From positions 8,494,001 to 8,558,000 of the forward strand of contig CM059432.1 of NCBI GenBank assembly GCA_030390025.1: a stretch of 64,000 nt of DNA, in the 5' to 3' direction. The notes beneath the pieces were generated by a model. That model was not told the origin of the DNA and ran no database searches. It saw only the letters and a program-made list of their open reading frames with translations. The first letter of the stretch is position 1. Every line of letters begins with the position of its first letter. The position numbers and the translations under genes are program-made. Source of the DNA: Squalus acanthias. Taxonomy: Eukaryota. Shown one piece after another: positions 48,010 through 60,496 of the stretch.

Positions 48010-49620
48010 ATGGTATCCTCCTGATCTCCCACCGTAACTTTGGCAGAAGATTGGTGCAAAGCCTGGAGAATTGGCATAAATGGCAGGGTTGCCGCTGATC
48101 TTCCGCAGAGGTTAGGGCAGGAGATCGGGAGAGCCCCCACGGAAATATCTCGGTAACTGAATTTAAACTGCCCGTGCATCATCTTGGAGGGATAATTACT
48201 AGTCCTAGCCCCTTTAGGGCTACCCCGGATCAGGCGTATTCCCCAGACGTTCACCTTCAACTAAAGTTAGAGGTAGCCGAATCCTAAAGACGCTTAATTG
48301 GGTCTAAAGGTCCAGACTATCTCTCCCTAAAGGAAAGGAATGACCTGAAGATGTTACCGTCCGCCAGATAGCACTTTTAATAAGTTTAGCTAGAGTGTAA
48401 CCTTCCGGATATTATGAGGGTCCAGAAAACTCCCCCAGAATTCTGCAACTCCTCACCAAAGAGCGTACAGAGATTGAGTTTGCGAGTTTGATACAGAAGT
48501 ATTATGTGAGACAATTCTAAAAATATATAGATTTATTAAAGATCCGACATGTAATTACAGTTGGTGTTTCAATCGCAACTTTAACAATTCCAAAAAGAGT
48601 AAGCTTTACAATCTTATTATCAGAGATCCTTATTCTCAAATCTTAACTTCGTTACATTTTTACATTTCTTCGTCTTATTCCAGGATATCCACCAAAATCA
48701 AATACAAGTACCTTGATCCCCGAGATACAAAGAGTTGTAGACTTACAGAGTTTGCCTCTGAAGCCTGAGAATCGCTTTGCCCCTTTACAGCGAATCTGTC
48801 TTCCCATTTGAAAGTCCAATTTTTATACCCTTTCTCAATGGTATTTCCTTTGAAGTTTTCTGCTGATGTAAGTTAATTATCTCCAGTCATTTTTCTGTTG
48901 ACTCCTTCTATTCTTACAGTCAGTTCAGCTGGTAGCAAGCAGACTTGTGTCTCCTAGGTGTTCCAAGTTCAACACAAAAACAATGTGATGGCTGGTGCTT
49001 CCCCCACTTGATGCCATTCTTACGAAGGTCTTCTGTTTGTATCTTTTGCATTTAGAACACCTTGACCGGATGCACCATTGTCTTCTTAGTTACCTCAACT
49101 GGTTGCATTAAGAATTATGTCTCCACCCTAGGTGTTCGAAGCTCATCATAAAAAACAGTGTAACAGCAGTGGTTCTATTTGATGTCATTTTTACGAAGGC
49201 ATATGTTTCTTTATCTTTCTGTGTTTCATTTCAAAGTGTTGGTTTAAGACATCTTAACTGGGTATACCATTGTGTTCTTTCCAAGCTTCAGACTTTTAGG
49301 AACCTCCAACCTTCTGTTTCAACGAGGCTATTGTTTCAGTGTCAACAACTTATCTTACCTCAAAAGCCTGTATGCTGTTCACAGCTTTTGATTGTTGAGG
49401 CTTCCAGATTTTCAAACCTAGTATGTCATGTTACAAAGGCCAGAATATTTCATAGAATGGTGTATTTTTCTGAATATGGTATATTCCTTCACAGTCTCTC
49501 TTCTGAGCTAGAATCCGTGTCCTCCTCCTAGTTCTCAGGTTTGTGGTAATCTTCAGCATATTATCAGGCTTCAGTTTATCTGCAGCATTCTCGTGAGAAT
49601 CTTGAATATTTGAACGCTAT
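48010..49620 (-). other. Possible LTR-like sequence with leader (unclassified)
   Basis: On minus: duplicated ~150-bp units (48945-49090, 49118-49280), then GGGTATAAAA (48821-48830), then AATAAA (48532-48537). No clear TG..CA ends. Confidence 0.35.
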
Positions 49621-49705
49621 CTACCCCTGAGCCTTCTCGTCTATGCTCTTGTCCTCGTGATTGGTGTGGAGAACTGCATACTTACTGGACAAATTCTGAT
49701 CCACA

Positions 49706-49841
49706 GGAGTGGATCTTGACGGTAGTGTAAAACAGGCGATAGCGAGGCTTCAATGGAAATAAAAATCGGGGGAGATGTAAAACGGGCTTCTGACTCACTG
49801 TTGCCCGTTTTACACCATCTCACAAAGTCATGATTTACCCC
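49706..49841. mobile_element. Mini-MITE (136 bp), Harbinger-like
   Basis: Imperfect TIRs GGAGTGGATCTTGAC...GTCATGATTTACCCC; TSD ACA/ACA; internal inverted gtgtaaaac..gttttacac; partial relative at ~42920-43015. Confidence 0.65.
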
Positions 49842-49949
49842 ACAGAGTTTTCCTGGACTGGTTCCTCCACCTCCCACTATTGGTGGTCATGTACTTCTGC
49901 TCCTCTTCAATATCTTCCATATCTATGGGAAATCACCTGCTATAATACG

Positions 49950-50545
49950 GTGTTAGCCGTGGCTCAGTGGGTAGCACTCTCGCCTCTGAGTCCCAAGGTT
50001 GTGGGTTCCAAGTTTCACTCCAGAGACTTGAGCACAGAAACCCAGGCTGACACTCCCAGTGCAGTACTGAGGGAGTGCCGCACTGTTGGTAGGTGCCGTC
50101 TTTCAGATGAGACGTTAAACTGAGGCTCCGCCTGCCCTCTCAGGTGACCTGAAGGAAAAAAGTTTGCAGGGCTACGGGGAAGTGGGACGAGCTGAAGTGC
50201 TCTTGCAGAGAGCCGGCACAGGCTCGACGGCCCGAATGGCCTCCTTCTGTGCTTTAACCATTCTATGATTCTCTATAAAAGATCCCCATGGCACTATTTC
50301 GAAGAAGAGCAGGGTGAGTCCTGGCCAACATTTATCCCTCAATTCAACATCACTAAAAAAAACAGATGATCTGGTCATTATCACGTTGCAGTTTGTGGGA
50401 GCTTGCTGTGCGCAAATTGGCGGCTGTGTTTCCTACATTACAACTGCGACCACACTTCAAAAGTACTTCATTGGCTGGAAAGCGCTTTGGGACGTCCTGA
50501 GGTCACAAAAGGCGCTATAGAGATGCAAGTCTTTCTTTTTCTTTA
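49950..50545 (+). mobile_element. DeuSINE interrupted by a CR1 tail (50147-50273)
   Basis: The SINE breaks at ctctcaggtg and resumes at taaaagatcccc. Confidence 0.85.
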
Positions 50546-50849
50546 TACGTCCTGACACCTTTCGTCCACCTATGATGCGGAATGTAGTCAGCTGATCCTC
50601 AAGCTCAGCATTCTTCAGCATGGGCAGCTGAACTCTCTGACAATTCATGCCTCTCCCAGGAGATGTCATGGCTGCAGGGGTGGGTGGGAGGTAGGATGGA
50701 AGGAAGAAGTGTTCAGGCCATCATGAGGTGTGGGACAGGCTTGATGGACCAGCTGGTCTTTTCCTGTCCGTCAATTTTCTATGTTTGCACACATTTATCC
50801 ATTTTCCTTCATTATGTCCCTTACTCTGGCACCTGAGAAAAAACATATC

Positions 50850-51075
50850 GAGGTAGGTTTTAAAGAGCGTCTTAAAGGAGGAAAGAGAGGTCGTGAGGCG
50901 GAGAGGTTTAGGGAGGGAGTGCCAGAGCTTAGGGCCTTGGCAGCTGAAGGCACGGCCGCCAATGGTGGAGCGATTAAAATCGGGGATGCTCAAGAGGCCA
51001 GAATTGGAGGAGCGCAGAGATCTCGGAGGGTTGTAGGGCTGGGGGAGATTACCGAGATAGGGAGGTTACAGAGAT
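50850..51075 (-). mobile_element. L2 fragment
   Basis: RSTIGGRAFSCQGPKLWHSLPKPLRL. Confidence 0.85.
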
Positions 51076-51180
51076 TCCTAAGAGAAGACAAGCTTAGGAT
51101 CAGGAGATAGACCAATGATGCATGCAGCATGTATAACGTGGGATGATCTGGACCTGCAAACTATTCTGGAGGAGAATATT

Positions 51181-51943
51181 GGGGCAGAAATTCGGGTCTC
51201 CACGGGTGAGTACGTGCTGTGTACTCACCCGTAGACCCAACGAAAGTGCCGGTTTCGCACATGCACTGTGCATGCGCTGGAAACCGGAACTTCCGTTCCC
51301 TTGAAGGAAGGGGTTCGGAGGTCAAACGTGTGCGCCGGAGAGGCAGCGCGCACGCAGCGAACTTCGGTTTTTTTGCAGGTTTTGAAGTGAGGGTAAGTCC
51401 CTGGCAGCTGCGCGGGGAAAAAGCAGGCGCAAGGCCTGCTTTTAACAAGGTAAGTGGTGAATTAAGTGAAATTTAAACATTTTTTCCACAGGTTTATCTT
51501 TTTTAAATACTTTAAAGAAAGGTAAGTTTACTTTTAGCCCCGTTAAAAACTGTAAATAATTTTTTCAAAAATTTTAAATTTTTGTTTAAAATAGTTAATT
51601 TATGTAATTTATAGTTATTTTAAAAATGTGATGTTTTTTTAAAATTTATTTGAAGTTTTAGTGAGGTTTTGCGGGGTGATCTCTATTCATAGATTTGACA
51701 GGAATCCTGTCAAATCTATGAATGGAGATTCCCTGCTCCGATGGCTCTCCATGGCCCACGTGATCCCAGGGGACGCTTCGAACTAACTGCGCCCCTGGGA
51801 CATGCAAGCACTGTGCGCCGGCAGCTGGTGAAGGCCCAGGACCGGAATCCCACGCAGGCCCACAGCACAATGGCAGGCACGCTAGGTAAGTGAAGGTCGG
51901 GGGCTTGCACCCGCGGGAAGCCTCCGACCCGAATTTCTGGCCC
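51181..51943 (-). mobile_element. Harbinger-type MITE, family C relative (763 bp)
   Basis: TIRs GGGGCAGAAATTCGGGTC...GACCCGAATTTCTGGCCC; TSD ATT/AAT; shares ggtcggaggc.tcccgcggg with 10005-10766. Confidence 0.85.
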
Positions 51944-51979
51944 AATATAATCAGGCTTGTGTAATTTTTTTCTAGTTAA

Positions 51980-52365
51980 AAGAAAGAAAAGCTTACATTT
52001 ATATAGCACCTTTCACGACCTCTGGACATCCCAAAGTGCTTTACAGCTTTACTTTTGAAGTGTAGTTACTGCTGGAATGTAGGAAACACGGCACCTTGTT
52101 AGCGATGTTGTTTGAGGAATAAATGTTGCCTTACTTCCCTTCGAAATAAGGCCATGGGATCTTTTACGTCCAGCTGAGTGAGCAGACGGGGCCTCGGTTT
52201 AAAGTCTCATCCGAAAAACAGCACCTCCGACAGTGCAGCACTCCCTCGTTACTACACTGGGAGTGTCAGCCTAGATTTTTGTGCTCAAGTCTCTGGAGTG
52301 GAACGTGAACCCACAACCTTCTGACTCAGAGGCGAGAGAGCTGCCCACTGAGCCACAGCTGACAC
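51980..52365 (-). mobile_element. DeuSINE with internal deletions
   Basis: Head gtcagctgtggctcagtggg on minus; family tail. Confidence 0.85.
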
Positions 52366-52560
52366 TTGCACGTAAAACTTATGTTTAGATTAGGTGCTTT
52401 TAACATATAACACATATAAACCACTCACTTTTAGGTTAGACATTTTGATACATAAGCTAACATTTATAGATATTACATTGAGCATTAACACATAAACAGC
52501 TAGAAAGACAGAAATGGTCATGTTAAAACTACCCTGAATGAAATCAGTATTTGTAGTGAA

Positions 52561-54087
52561 ATGGTGTTAGGGAAATTGACGGGATTGAAGGCCGATAAAT
52601 CCCCAGGGCCTGATAATCTACATCCTAGGGTACTTAAGGAAGTGGCCCTAGAAATAGTAGATGCATTGCTGGTCATCTTCCAAAATTCTATAGACTCTGG
52701 AACAGTTCCCATGGATTGGAGGGTAGCTAATGTAACCCCACTATTTAAAAAAGGTGGGAGAGAGAAAATGGGGAATTATAGATCGGTAAGCCTGACATCG
52801 GTAGTGGGGAAAATGCTAGAGTCCATTATAAAGGATGTAATAGCAGAGCACTTGGAAAACAGTGACAGGATCGGACAAAGTCAACATGGATTTACAAAAG
52901 GTAAATCATGCTTGACTAATCTACTGGAATTTTTTGAGGATGTAACTGGTAGAATAGATAAGGGAGAACCAGTGGATGTGGTGTATTTGGACTTTCAGAA
53001 GGCTTTCGATAAGGTCCCGCATAAGAGATTAGCGTGCAAAGTTAAAGCACATGGGATTGGGGGTAAGGTACTGACTTGGATAGAGAACTGGTTGGCAGAC
53101 AGGAAGCAAAGAGTTGGAATAAATGGGTCTTTTTCCGAGTGGCAGGCAGTGACTAGTGGGGTACCGCAGGCATCGGTGCTAGGACCCCAGTTATTCACAA
53201 TATATATTAATGATCTAGACGAGGGAACTAGATGTAATATCTCCAAGTTTGCAGATGACACAAAGCTGGGTGGGCGTGTGTGTTGTGAGGAGGATGCAGA
53301 GAAACTCCAGTATGATTTGGACAAGTTGGGTGATTGGGCAGCTGCATGGCAGATGCAGTATAATGTGGATAAATGCGAGGTTATCCACTTTGGTGGCAAA
53401 AACAGGAAGGCAGCTTATTATCTGAACGGCAATAGATTGGGAAAAGGGGAAGTACAACGAGACCTGGGAGTCCTTGTGCACCAGTCGTTGAAGGTAAGCA
53501 TGCAGGTGCAGCAGGCGGTTAAGAAGGCAAATGGTATGTTGGCCTTCATAGCGAGAAGATTCGAGTACAGGAGCAAGGATGTCTTGCTGCAGTTGTATAG
53601 GGCCTTGGTGAGACCACACCTTGAGTATTGTGTGCAGTTTTGGTCACCTTATCTGAGGAAGGATGTTCTTGCCATGGAGGGAGTGCAGCGAAGATTCACC
53701 AGACTGATACCTGGGATGGCAGGAATGACGTATGAAGAGAGATTGAGTCGATTAGACTTATATTCGCTAGAGTTTAGAAGAATGAGAGGGGAACTCATTG
53801 AAACTTATAAAATTCTAACAGGACTAGACAGACTAGATGCAGGAAGGATGTTCCCGATAGCGGGGGAGTCCAGAACCAGGGGTCACAGTCTAAGGATAAG
53901 GGGTAAGCCATTTAGGACTGAGATGAGGAGGAATTTCTTCACCCAGAGAGTGGTGAACCTGTGGAATTCTCTACCACAGAAGGCAGTTGAGGCCAATTCA
54001 TTAAATATATTCAAGAAGGAGTTAGATATATTTCTTAAGGCTAAAGGGATCAAGGGATATGGGGAGAAAGCAGGGACAGGGTACTGA
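52561..54087 (+). CDS. CR1 ORF2 reverse transcriptase, uninterrupted 508-aa C-terminal part of a 5'-truncated copy (element 52541-54188)
   Basis: KSPGPD, NYRSVSLTS, QHGF, YLDFQKAFDKV, GVPQASVLGP, FADD; tail (ttctatgt)n; TSD taccct[g/t]aatg. Confidence 0.95.
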   Translation: MVLGKLTGLKADKSPGPDNLHPRVLKEVALEIVDALLVIFQNSIDSGTVPMDWRVANVTPLFKKGGREKMGNYRSVSLTSVVGKMLESIIKDVIAEHLENSDRIGQSQHGFTKGKSCLTNLLEFFEDVTGRIDKGEPVDVVYLDFQKAFDKVPHKRLACKVKAHGIGGKVLTWIENWLADRKQRVGINGSFSEWQAVTSGVPQASVLGPQLFTIYINDLDEGTRCNISKFADDTKLGGRVCCEEDAEKLQYDLDKLGDWAAAWQMQYNVDKCEVIHFGGKNRKAAYYLNGNRLGKGEVQRDLGVLVHQSLKVSMQVQQAVKKANGMLAFIARRFEYRSKDVLLQLYRALVRPHLEYCVQFWSPYLRKDVLAMEGVQRRFTRLIPGMAGMTYEERLSRLDLYSLEFRRMRGELIETYKILTGLDRLDAGRMFPIAGESRTRGHSLRIRGKPFRTEMRRNFFTQRVVNLWNSLPQKAVEANSLNIFKKELDIFLKAKGIKGYGEKAGTGY

Positions 54088-55013
54088 ATTCGGATGATCA
54101 GCCATGATCTCATTAAATGGCGGAGCAGGCTCGAGGGACCGAATGGCCTACTCCTGCTCCTATCTTCCATGTTTCTATGTTTCTATGTTACCCTTAATGC
54201 AAAAAGCTATAGCTAACCAAAGATGCCCCCAAAGTTGTTTATTCAACAGTCTGATTCAAGGCTTGGAAGGAGGCACTGAGAAAGTTAAGACCTCGAAAAG
54301 GGAGGCCTACACATTCCGTTGTGCGGAGCAAGTGAGATTGGAGCAGGCAGCTGAGAACGACAAACTCCAACGTATGACAGCCTCTCTACAAGACAGGGAG
54401 GAGAGGGGGGGGGGGGGCGTTTAAACTCTTGTAGAAGACCAGGACAAGTGATGATCCATGAGGTTACAACTTCTACCCAAGGAAGGAACGGGGGTAATAT
54501 TGTTTCTTTTCTTGGGTGCTATTGCTCGAACATTACGTGTAGTATACTCCAGGGAATTCGACTCAAATCCTATTGGATGCAATGAAACTTTATTTAAGAC
54601 TTGTAAAACTTAACACATGACAGTACGTGAGCGATAGTTTACAGAACCAAGCAGGAAGTGTATCACCCTGGATAGAAGTGTGCCTCTTGATGTTATGCGA
54701 TAGGTCTGTTCCCCTCATCTTAGATAGTTCGCCTCTCGGCTCGAAATGCTTCAACACGGAACAGCCTGAAGTGTTGTCCTTTACACATCAGAAAATGGAA
54801 CTACACACAGCCTAATTCAACCAGCAGGTACCACCCTTACTTCCCTTGTTTTCCTTAATGTTCCTGCTCTGATCACACCATATGCCTGCACCAATCAGAT
54901 TGCTGATCATGTCCTGCCTTCCGAGCATTGTAACGTACGTTTGTTCCGCCTTCAACAACAGGATACAGTTTGCTGACTCTATTGTTCTCTACACAATAGC
55001 TGTTAACTAGGTT

Positions 55014-55596
55014 CTCTTCTTCTTAGGCAGTCCCTCGGAACCGAGGATGACTTGCTTCCACATTAAAAATGAGTTCTCAGGTGACTGATGAGTCCAATGC
55101 GGGACCTACAGTCTCTGTCACAGGTGGGGCAGACGGTGGTTGAAGGGGCGGGTGGGTGGGTGGGGTGCTTGGGTTGACGTGCGCTCCTTCCGCTGTTTGC
55201 GCTTGGCTTCCGCTTGCTCCCGGCGAAGAGACTCGAGGTATTCGGCGCCTTCGCGGATGCTTCTCCTCCGCTTTGTACGGTCTTGGGCCAGGGATTCCCA
55301 GGTGTCGGTGGGGATGTTGCACTTTTTCAAGGAGGCTTTGAGGGTGTCCTTGAAACGTTTCCTCTGCCCACCTGGGGCTCTCTTGCGGTGTCGGAGCTCT
55401 GAGTGGAGCGCTTGTTTTGGGAGTCTCATATCGGGCATGCGGACGATGTGACCCGTCCATCGGAGCTGATCGAGCGTGGTCAAAGCTTCGATGCTGAGGA
55501 TGTTGGCCTGAGCGAGAACACTGACGTTGGTGCCCCTATCCTGCCAATGGATTTGCAGGATCTTGCGGAGGCAGCATTGGTGGTACCTCTCCAGTG
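55014..55596 (-). mobile_element. RTE-clade LINE 3' end
   Basis: QLRWTGHIVRMPDMRLPKQALHSEL..GGQRKRFKDTLK; (aag)n tail; perfect TSD CTAGGTT. Confidence 0.9.
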
Positions 55597-55769
55597 CTAG
55601 GTTAATTAGTTAGTTACTTACTTATCAATGCTATTGCCAAGCTTACAAGCAAATTAACCCTTTCTTACGATACCTATGTTAAGACTTGTTGTCACACAAT
55701 AAATGGACAAGTTGCAACCAAAACGGTGTCAGATTCGAATTTTCTGACACATGTTACCAAAAAAAAATC

Positions 55770-56600
55770 AGGATCATGGTATAAAATGAAATGTAGCAGC
55801 ATGGACTGAAAGTTGTCTAACGGTGAAGAAACATAAAGTGGAGAAGTGCTGAAAGTTATGGCCATCAGAGGTCAGTCTATCTTTGGCCTTGATTCAACGT
55901 ATACGATTCTGGTTTGGGCACAAAGAGAATTGTATTTACATTTGTTGTCGACAACAAAGTTTTGGGGGGTTGAACAAACGGTGAAGAGGACTGTAAAAGA
56001 CTTCAGGGGGACATCGGTTAGCAGAATGGGCAGGCAGGAGGTAGATGAAAGTTAATGTGGATAAGTATGAGGTTAACAAGTACTTGGATATGCACTTGAA
56101 GTGCTGTAACCTGCAAAGCTACGGACCAAGAGCTGGGATTAGGGTGGATAGCTCTTTTTCCACCGACGCAGAAAAGATAGGCCAAATGGCCTCCTTCTGT
56201 GCTGTGAATTTCTATGATTCTATGATTCTAAACATTTTTGAAGGAAAACCAAGGATTGGGAGCATACATTGAATGGAAAAACACTGAAGAGTGTGGAGCA
56301 ACAGAGAGACCTCGGGATTTATGTACATAATTCCTTAAAGTTGCAAGTTCAGGTTCATAAAGCCATTAAAATAGTCAATAGGACTTTGTTTTTATAAATA
56401 GGGGAATAAGGTACAAGCAAAGAAATAATGATAAATGTGTCCAAGGCAATGGTTAGGCTACAGTTAGAATGCTCTGTGCTATTTGGGGCACACCATTAAA
56501 GAAAGGACATTAAAGCCTTGAAGAGTGTACAGTGTAGATTCAGGATGACACCAGGAACTACACTTGCGAGGAGAGACTTGAGATCCTGGGACTACTTTAC
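55770..56600 (+). mobile_element. Ancient degraded CR1 RT fragment with a younger CR1 tail inside (56075-56230)
   Basis: Remnants such as EQQRDLGIYVH, VRLQLECSVLF and the ctatgatt tail. Confidence 0.65.
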
Positions 56601-56709
56601 ATATTACATAGAATTTAAAGTGCAGAAACAGGCCATTCAGTGTTTATGCCCCACACGAGCCTCCTCCCACCCTAATTCATCCCACTCTATTAGCATATCC
56701 TTCTATTCC

Positions 56710-59700
56710 TTGGAGAAGAACTTGGAGTGGGAGGGGGAGGATCCAGTTGTCGTGGTCCACATAGGTACCAACGACATAGCTAGGACAAAGAAAGAGGTTC
56801 TGCTGAGAGAGTTTGAGCAGCTAGGGACTAAATTAAAAAGCAGAACCACAAAGGTAATAATCCCTGGATTATTACCTGAGCCACAAGCAAATTGGCATAA
56901 GGTCAATAGGATCAGGGAGATGAATGCGTGGCTCAAAGATTGGTGTGAGAGAAGTGGGTTTCGATTCGTGGGGCACTGGCACCAGTACTGGGGAAAGAGA
57001 GAGCTGTTCCGTTGGGACGGACTACACCTGAACCATGCTGGGACCAGAGTTCTAGCGAATTGAATAACTAGGGAGGTAGATAGGGCTTTAAACTAAATAA
57101 GTGGGTGGGGGGGGGGGGTCCCGGTGGCGAGAAATTTAGAATGCTAAAGAGAAAAGACAAGGAAGCAGTGCAGGAAAGTGACTGGGGTAAGGATAATCAG
57201 ATTGTGTCAGGAAGGGACAGAGTGTACAAACAAAAGAGTGCACTAACAAATAGGGTCCGGGTAAGAAAAAATGGTAATACGACAAACAGGGCCATAGTAC
57301 AAAAAAATGTTAAGATGTCTAAAAATGTTAAAAAGACAAATCTAAAGGTACTGTATCTGAATGCACGAAGCATTCGTTATAAGGTAAACAAATTAACAGC
57401 ACAAATAGATGTAAATGGATAAGATATAATTGCAATTACGGAGACATGGCTGCAGGGTGACCAGGGCTGGGAGCTGAATATCCAAGGATATTCGATATTA
57501 GGAAGGACAGGCAAAAAGGAAAAGGAGGTGGGGTGGCGTTGTTAGTAAGGATGAAATCAGAGCAATAGTGAGAAAGGATTTTGACTCAGAAAATCAAGAT
57601 GTAGAATCAGTCTGGGTGGAGATAAGAAGCACCAAGGGGCAGAAAACTTTGGTGGGAGTTGTCTATAGGCCTCCAAACAGTAGTGGTAATGTAGGGGATG
57701 GCATCAAACAGGAAATTAGAGAAGCATATAACAAGGGTAGTCCAGTAACCACGGGAGACTTTAATCTACATTTGGACTGGCCAAACCAAATTAGCAATAA
57801 TACTGTGGAGGATGAATTCCTGGAGTGTGTACGAGATGGTTTTTTAGACCAGTACATTGAGGAGCAAACTAGGGAACAGGCTATCCTAGATTGGGTATTG
57901 TGCAATGAGAAGGGGTTAATTAATAATCTTGTGCGGGGTCCTTTAGGGAAGAGTGACCATAACATGATAGAATTCTTCATTAAGATGGAAAGTGAAGAAG
58001 TCAAATCCGAAACTAGGGTCCTAAATCTAAACAAAGGAAACTACAATGGTATGAGGAGTGAGTTGGCTACGATAGATTGGGGAGCTTCATTAAAAGGCAT
58101 GATGGTGGCTAACATTTAAGGAACAAATGCATGAATTGCAGCAGTTATACATTCCTTTCTGGTGCAAAAATACAAAAGGAAAAGCGGCCCAACCATAGCT
58201 AACAAAATAAATTAAGGATAGTATTAGATCCAAAGAGGAGTTATATAAAGTTGCCAGAAAAAGTAGCAAGCCTGAGGATTGGGAGCAGTTTAGAGTTCAG
58301 CAAAAAAGGACCAAGAGATTGATTAAGGGGGGGGGGGGGGGAATAGAGTATGAGAGTAAACTTGCAAGGAACATAAAAGTGGACTGTAAAAGCTTCTACA
58401 AGTATGTAAAAAGAAAAAGATTAGTGAAGACAAATGTAGGTCCCTTACAATCAGAAACGGGAGAATTTATAATGGGGAACAAGGAAATGGCTGAGCAATT
58501 AAACAAATACTTTGGTTCTGTCTTCACGGAAGAGGACACAAATAACTTCCCAGAAATGCGAGGGAACCAAGGGTCTAGTGAGAAGGAGAAATTAAAGGAG
58601 ATTAGTCTTAGTAAAAAAATAGTGCTGGAGAAATTAATGGGACTGAAAGCTGATAAATCCCCAGGGCCTGATAATCTACATCCCAGAGTACTAAAAGAGG
58701 TAGCCGTGGAAATAGTGGATGCATTGGTTGTCATCTTCCAAAATTCTATAGATTATGGAACAGTTCCGGCAGATTGGAGGGTGGCAAATGTAACCCCACT
58801 ATTTAAAAAAAGAGGGAGAGAGAAAACCGGGAACTACAGACCAGTTAGCCTAACATCAGTAGTAGGGAAAATGCTAGAGTCTATTATAAAGGATGTGATA
58901 ACAGGACACTTAGAAAATATCAACAGGATTAGACAAAGTCAACATGGATTTATGAAAGGGAAATCGTGTTTGACAAACCTACTGGAGTTTTTTGAGGATG
59001 TAACTGGTAGAATAGATAAGGGAGAACCAGTGGATGTGGTGTATTTGGATTTTCAGAAGGCCTTTGATAAAGTCCCACATAAGAGGTTAGTGTGCAAAAT
59101 TAAAGCACATGGGATTGGAGGTAATATACTGGCATGGATTGAAAACTGGTTAACAGACAGGAAACAGAGAGTAGGAATAAATGGGTCTTTTTCGGGGTGG
59201 CAGGTGGTGACTAGTACTCCCGAGCTATTCACAATATATATCAATGATTTGGATGAGGGAACCAAATGTAATATTTCCAAGTTTGCTGGCGACACAAAAC
59301 TAGGTGGGATTGTGAGTTGTGAGGAGGATGCAAAGAGGCCTCAAGGCAATTTAGACAAGTTGAGTGAGTGGGCAAATACATAGAAACATAGAAGATAGGA
59401 ACAGGAGTAGGCCATTCGGCCCCTCGAGCCTGCTCCGCCATTCGATGAGATCATGGCTGATCATCCAAACTCAGTACCCTGTACCTGCCTTCTCCCCATA
59501 TCCCTTGATGACAGATGAAGTATAACATGGATAAATGTGAAGTTATCCACTTCGGTAGGAAAAACAGAAAGGTAGAGTATTATTTAAATGGTGATAGATT
59601 GGGAAATGCTGATGTACAAAGGGACCTGGGTGTCCTTGTACACCAGTCACTGAAAGCAAACATGCAGGTGCAGCAAGCAGTTAGGAAGGCAAATGGTATG

Positions 59701-60338
59701 TTGGCCTTCATTGCAAGAGGATTTGAGTACAGGAGCAAGGATGTCTTACTACAGTTGTACAGGGCCTTGGTGAGACCTGGAGTACTGTGTGCAGTTTTGG
59801 TCTCCTTACCTAAGAAAGGATATACTTGCCACAGAGGGAGTGCAGCGAAGGTTCACCAGACTGATTCCTGGGATGGCAGGACTGTCGTATGAGGAGAGAT
59901 TGGGTCGACTAGGCCTGTATTCACTAGAGTTTAGAAGAATGAGAGGGGATCTCATTGAAACGTATAAAATTCTGACAGGGCTAGACAGACTGGATGCAGG
60001 GGGGATGTTTCCCCTGGCTGGGGGGTCTAGAAAGAGGGGTCACAGTCTCAGGATACGGGGTAGGACATTTAGGACTGAGATGAGGAGAAATTTCTTCACT
60101 CAGAGGGTGGCGAACCTGTGGAATTCTCTATCACAGAAGGTTGTGGCGGCCAAGTCACTGAATATATTTAAGAAGGAGATAGATAGATTTCTAGACACAA
60201 AAGGCGTCAAGGGGTATGGGGAGAGAGCGGGAATATGGTGTTGAGATAGAGGATCAGCCATGATCATATTGAATGGCGGAACAGGCTCGAAGGGCCGAAT
60301 GGCCGACTGCTGCTCCTATTTTTCTATGTTTCTATGTT
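56710..60338 (+). mobile_element. Near-full-length CR1 LINE: ORF1 SGNH/GDSL esterase domain (56710-57090) and ORF2 APE endonuclease + RT, frameshifted
   Basis: VVVHIGTNDI...DGLHLN; YLNARSI, IAITETW, VYRPP, GDFN, SDH; RT motifs with GVPQ deleted and FAGD; a minus-strand CR1 tail is inserted at 59381-59507. Confidence 0.95.
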
Positions 60339-60496
60339 TTAATTGTTAATTTGAAATGATAGCTTTCTGTTAACCAAAGTTATTAAGGGATATGGGTCAA
60401 AGGCAGGTATATGGAGTTAGGTCACAGATCAGCCATGATCTCATTGAATGGTGGAACAGGCTTGAGGTGCTGAATGGCCTCCTCCTGTTCCTATGT

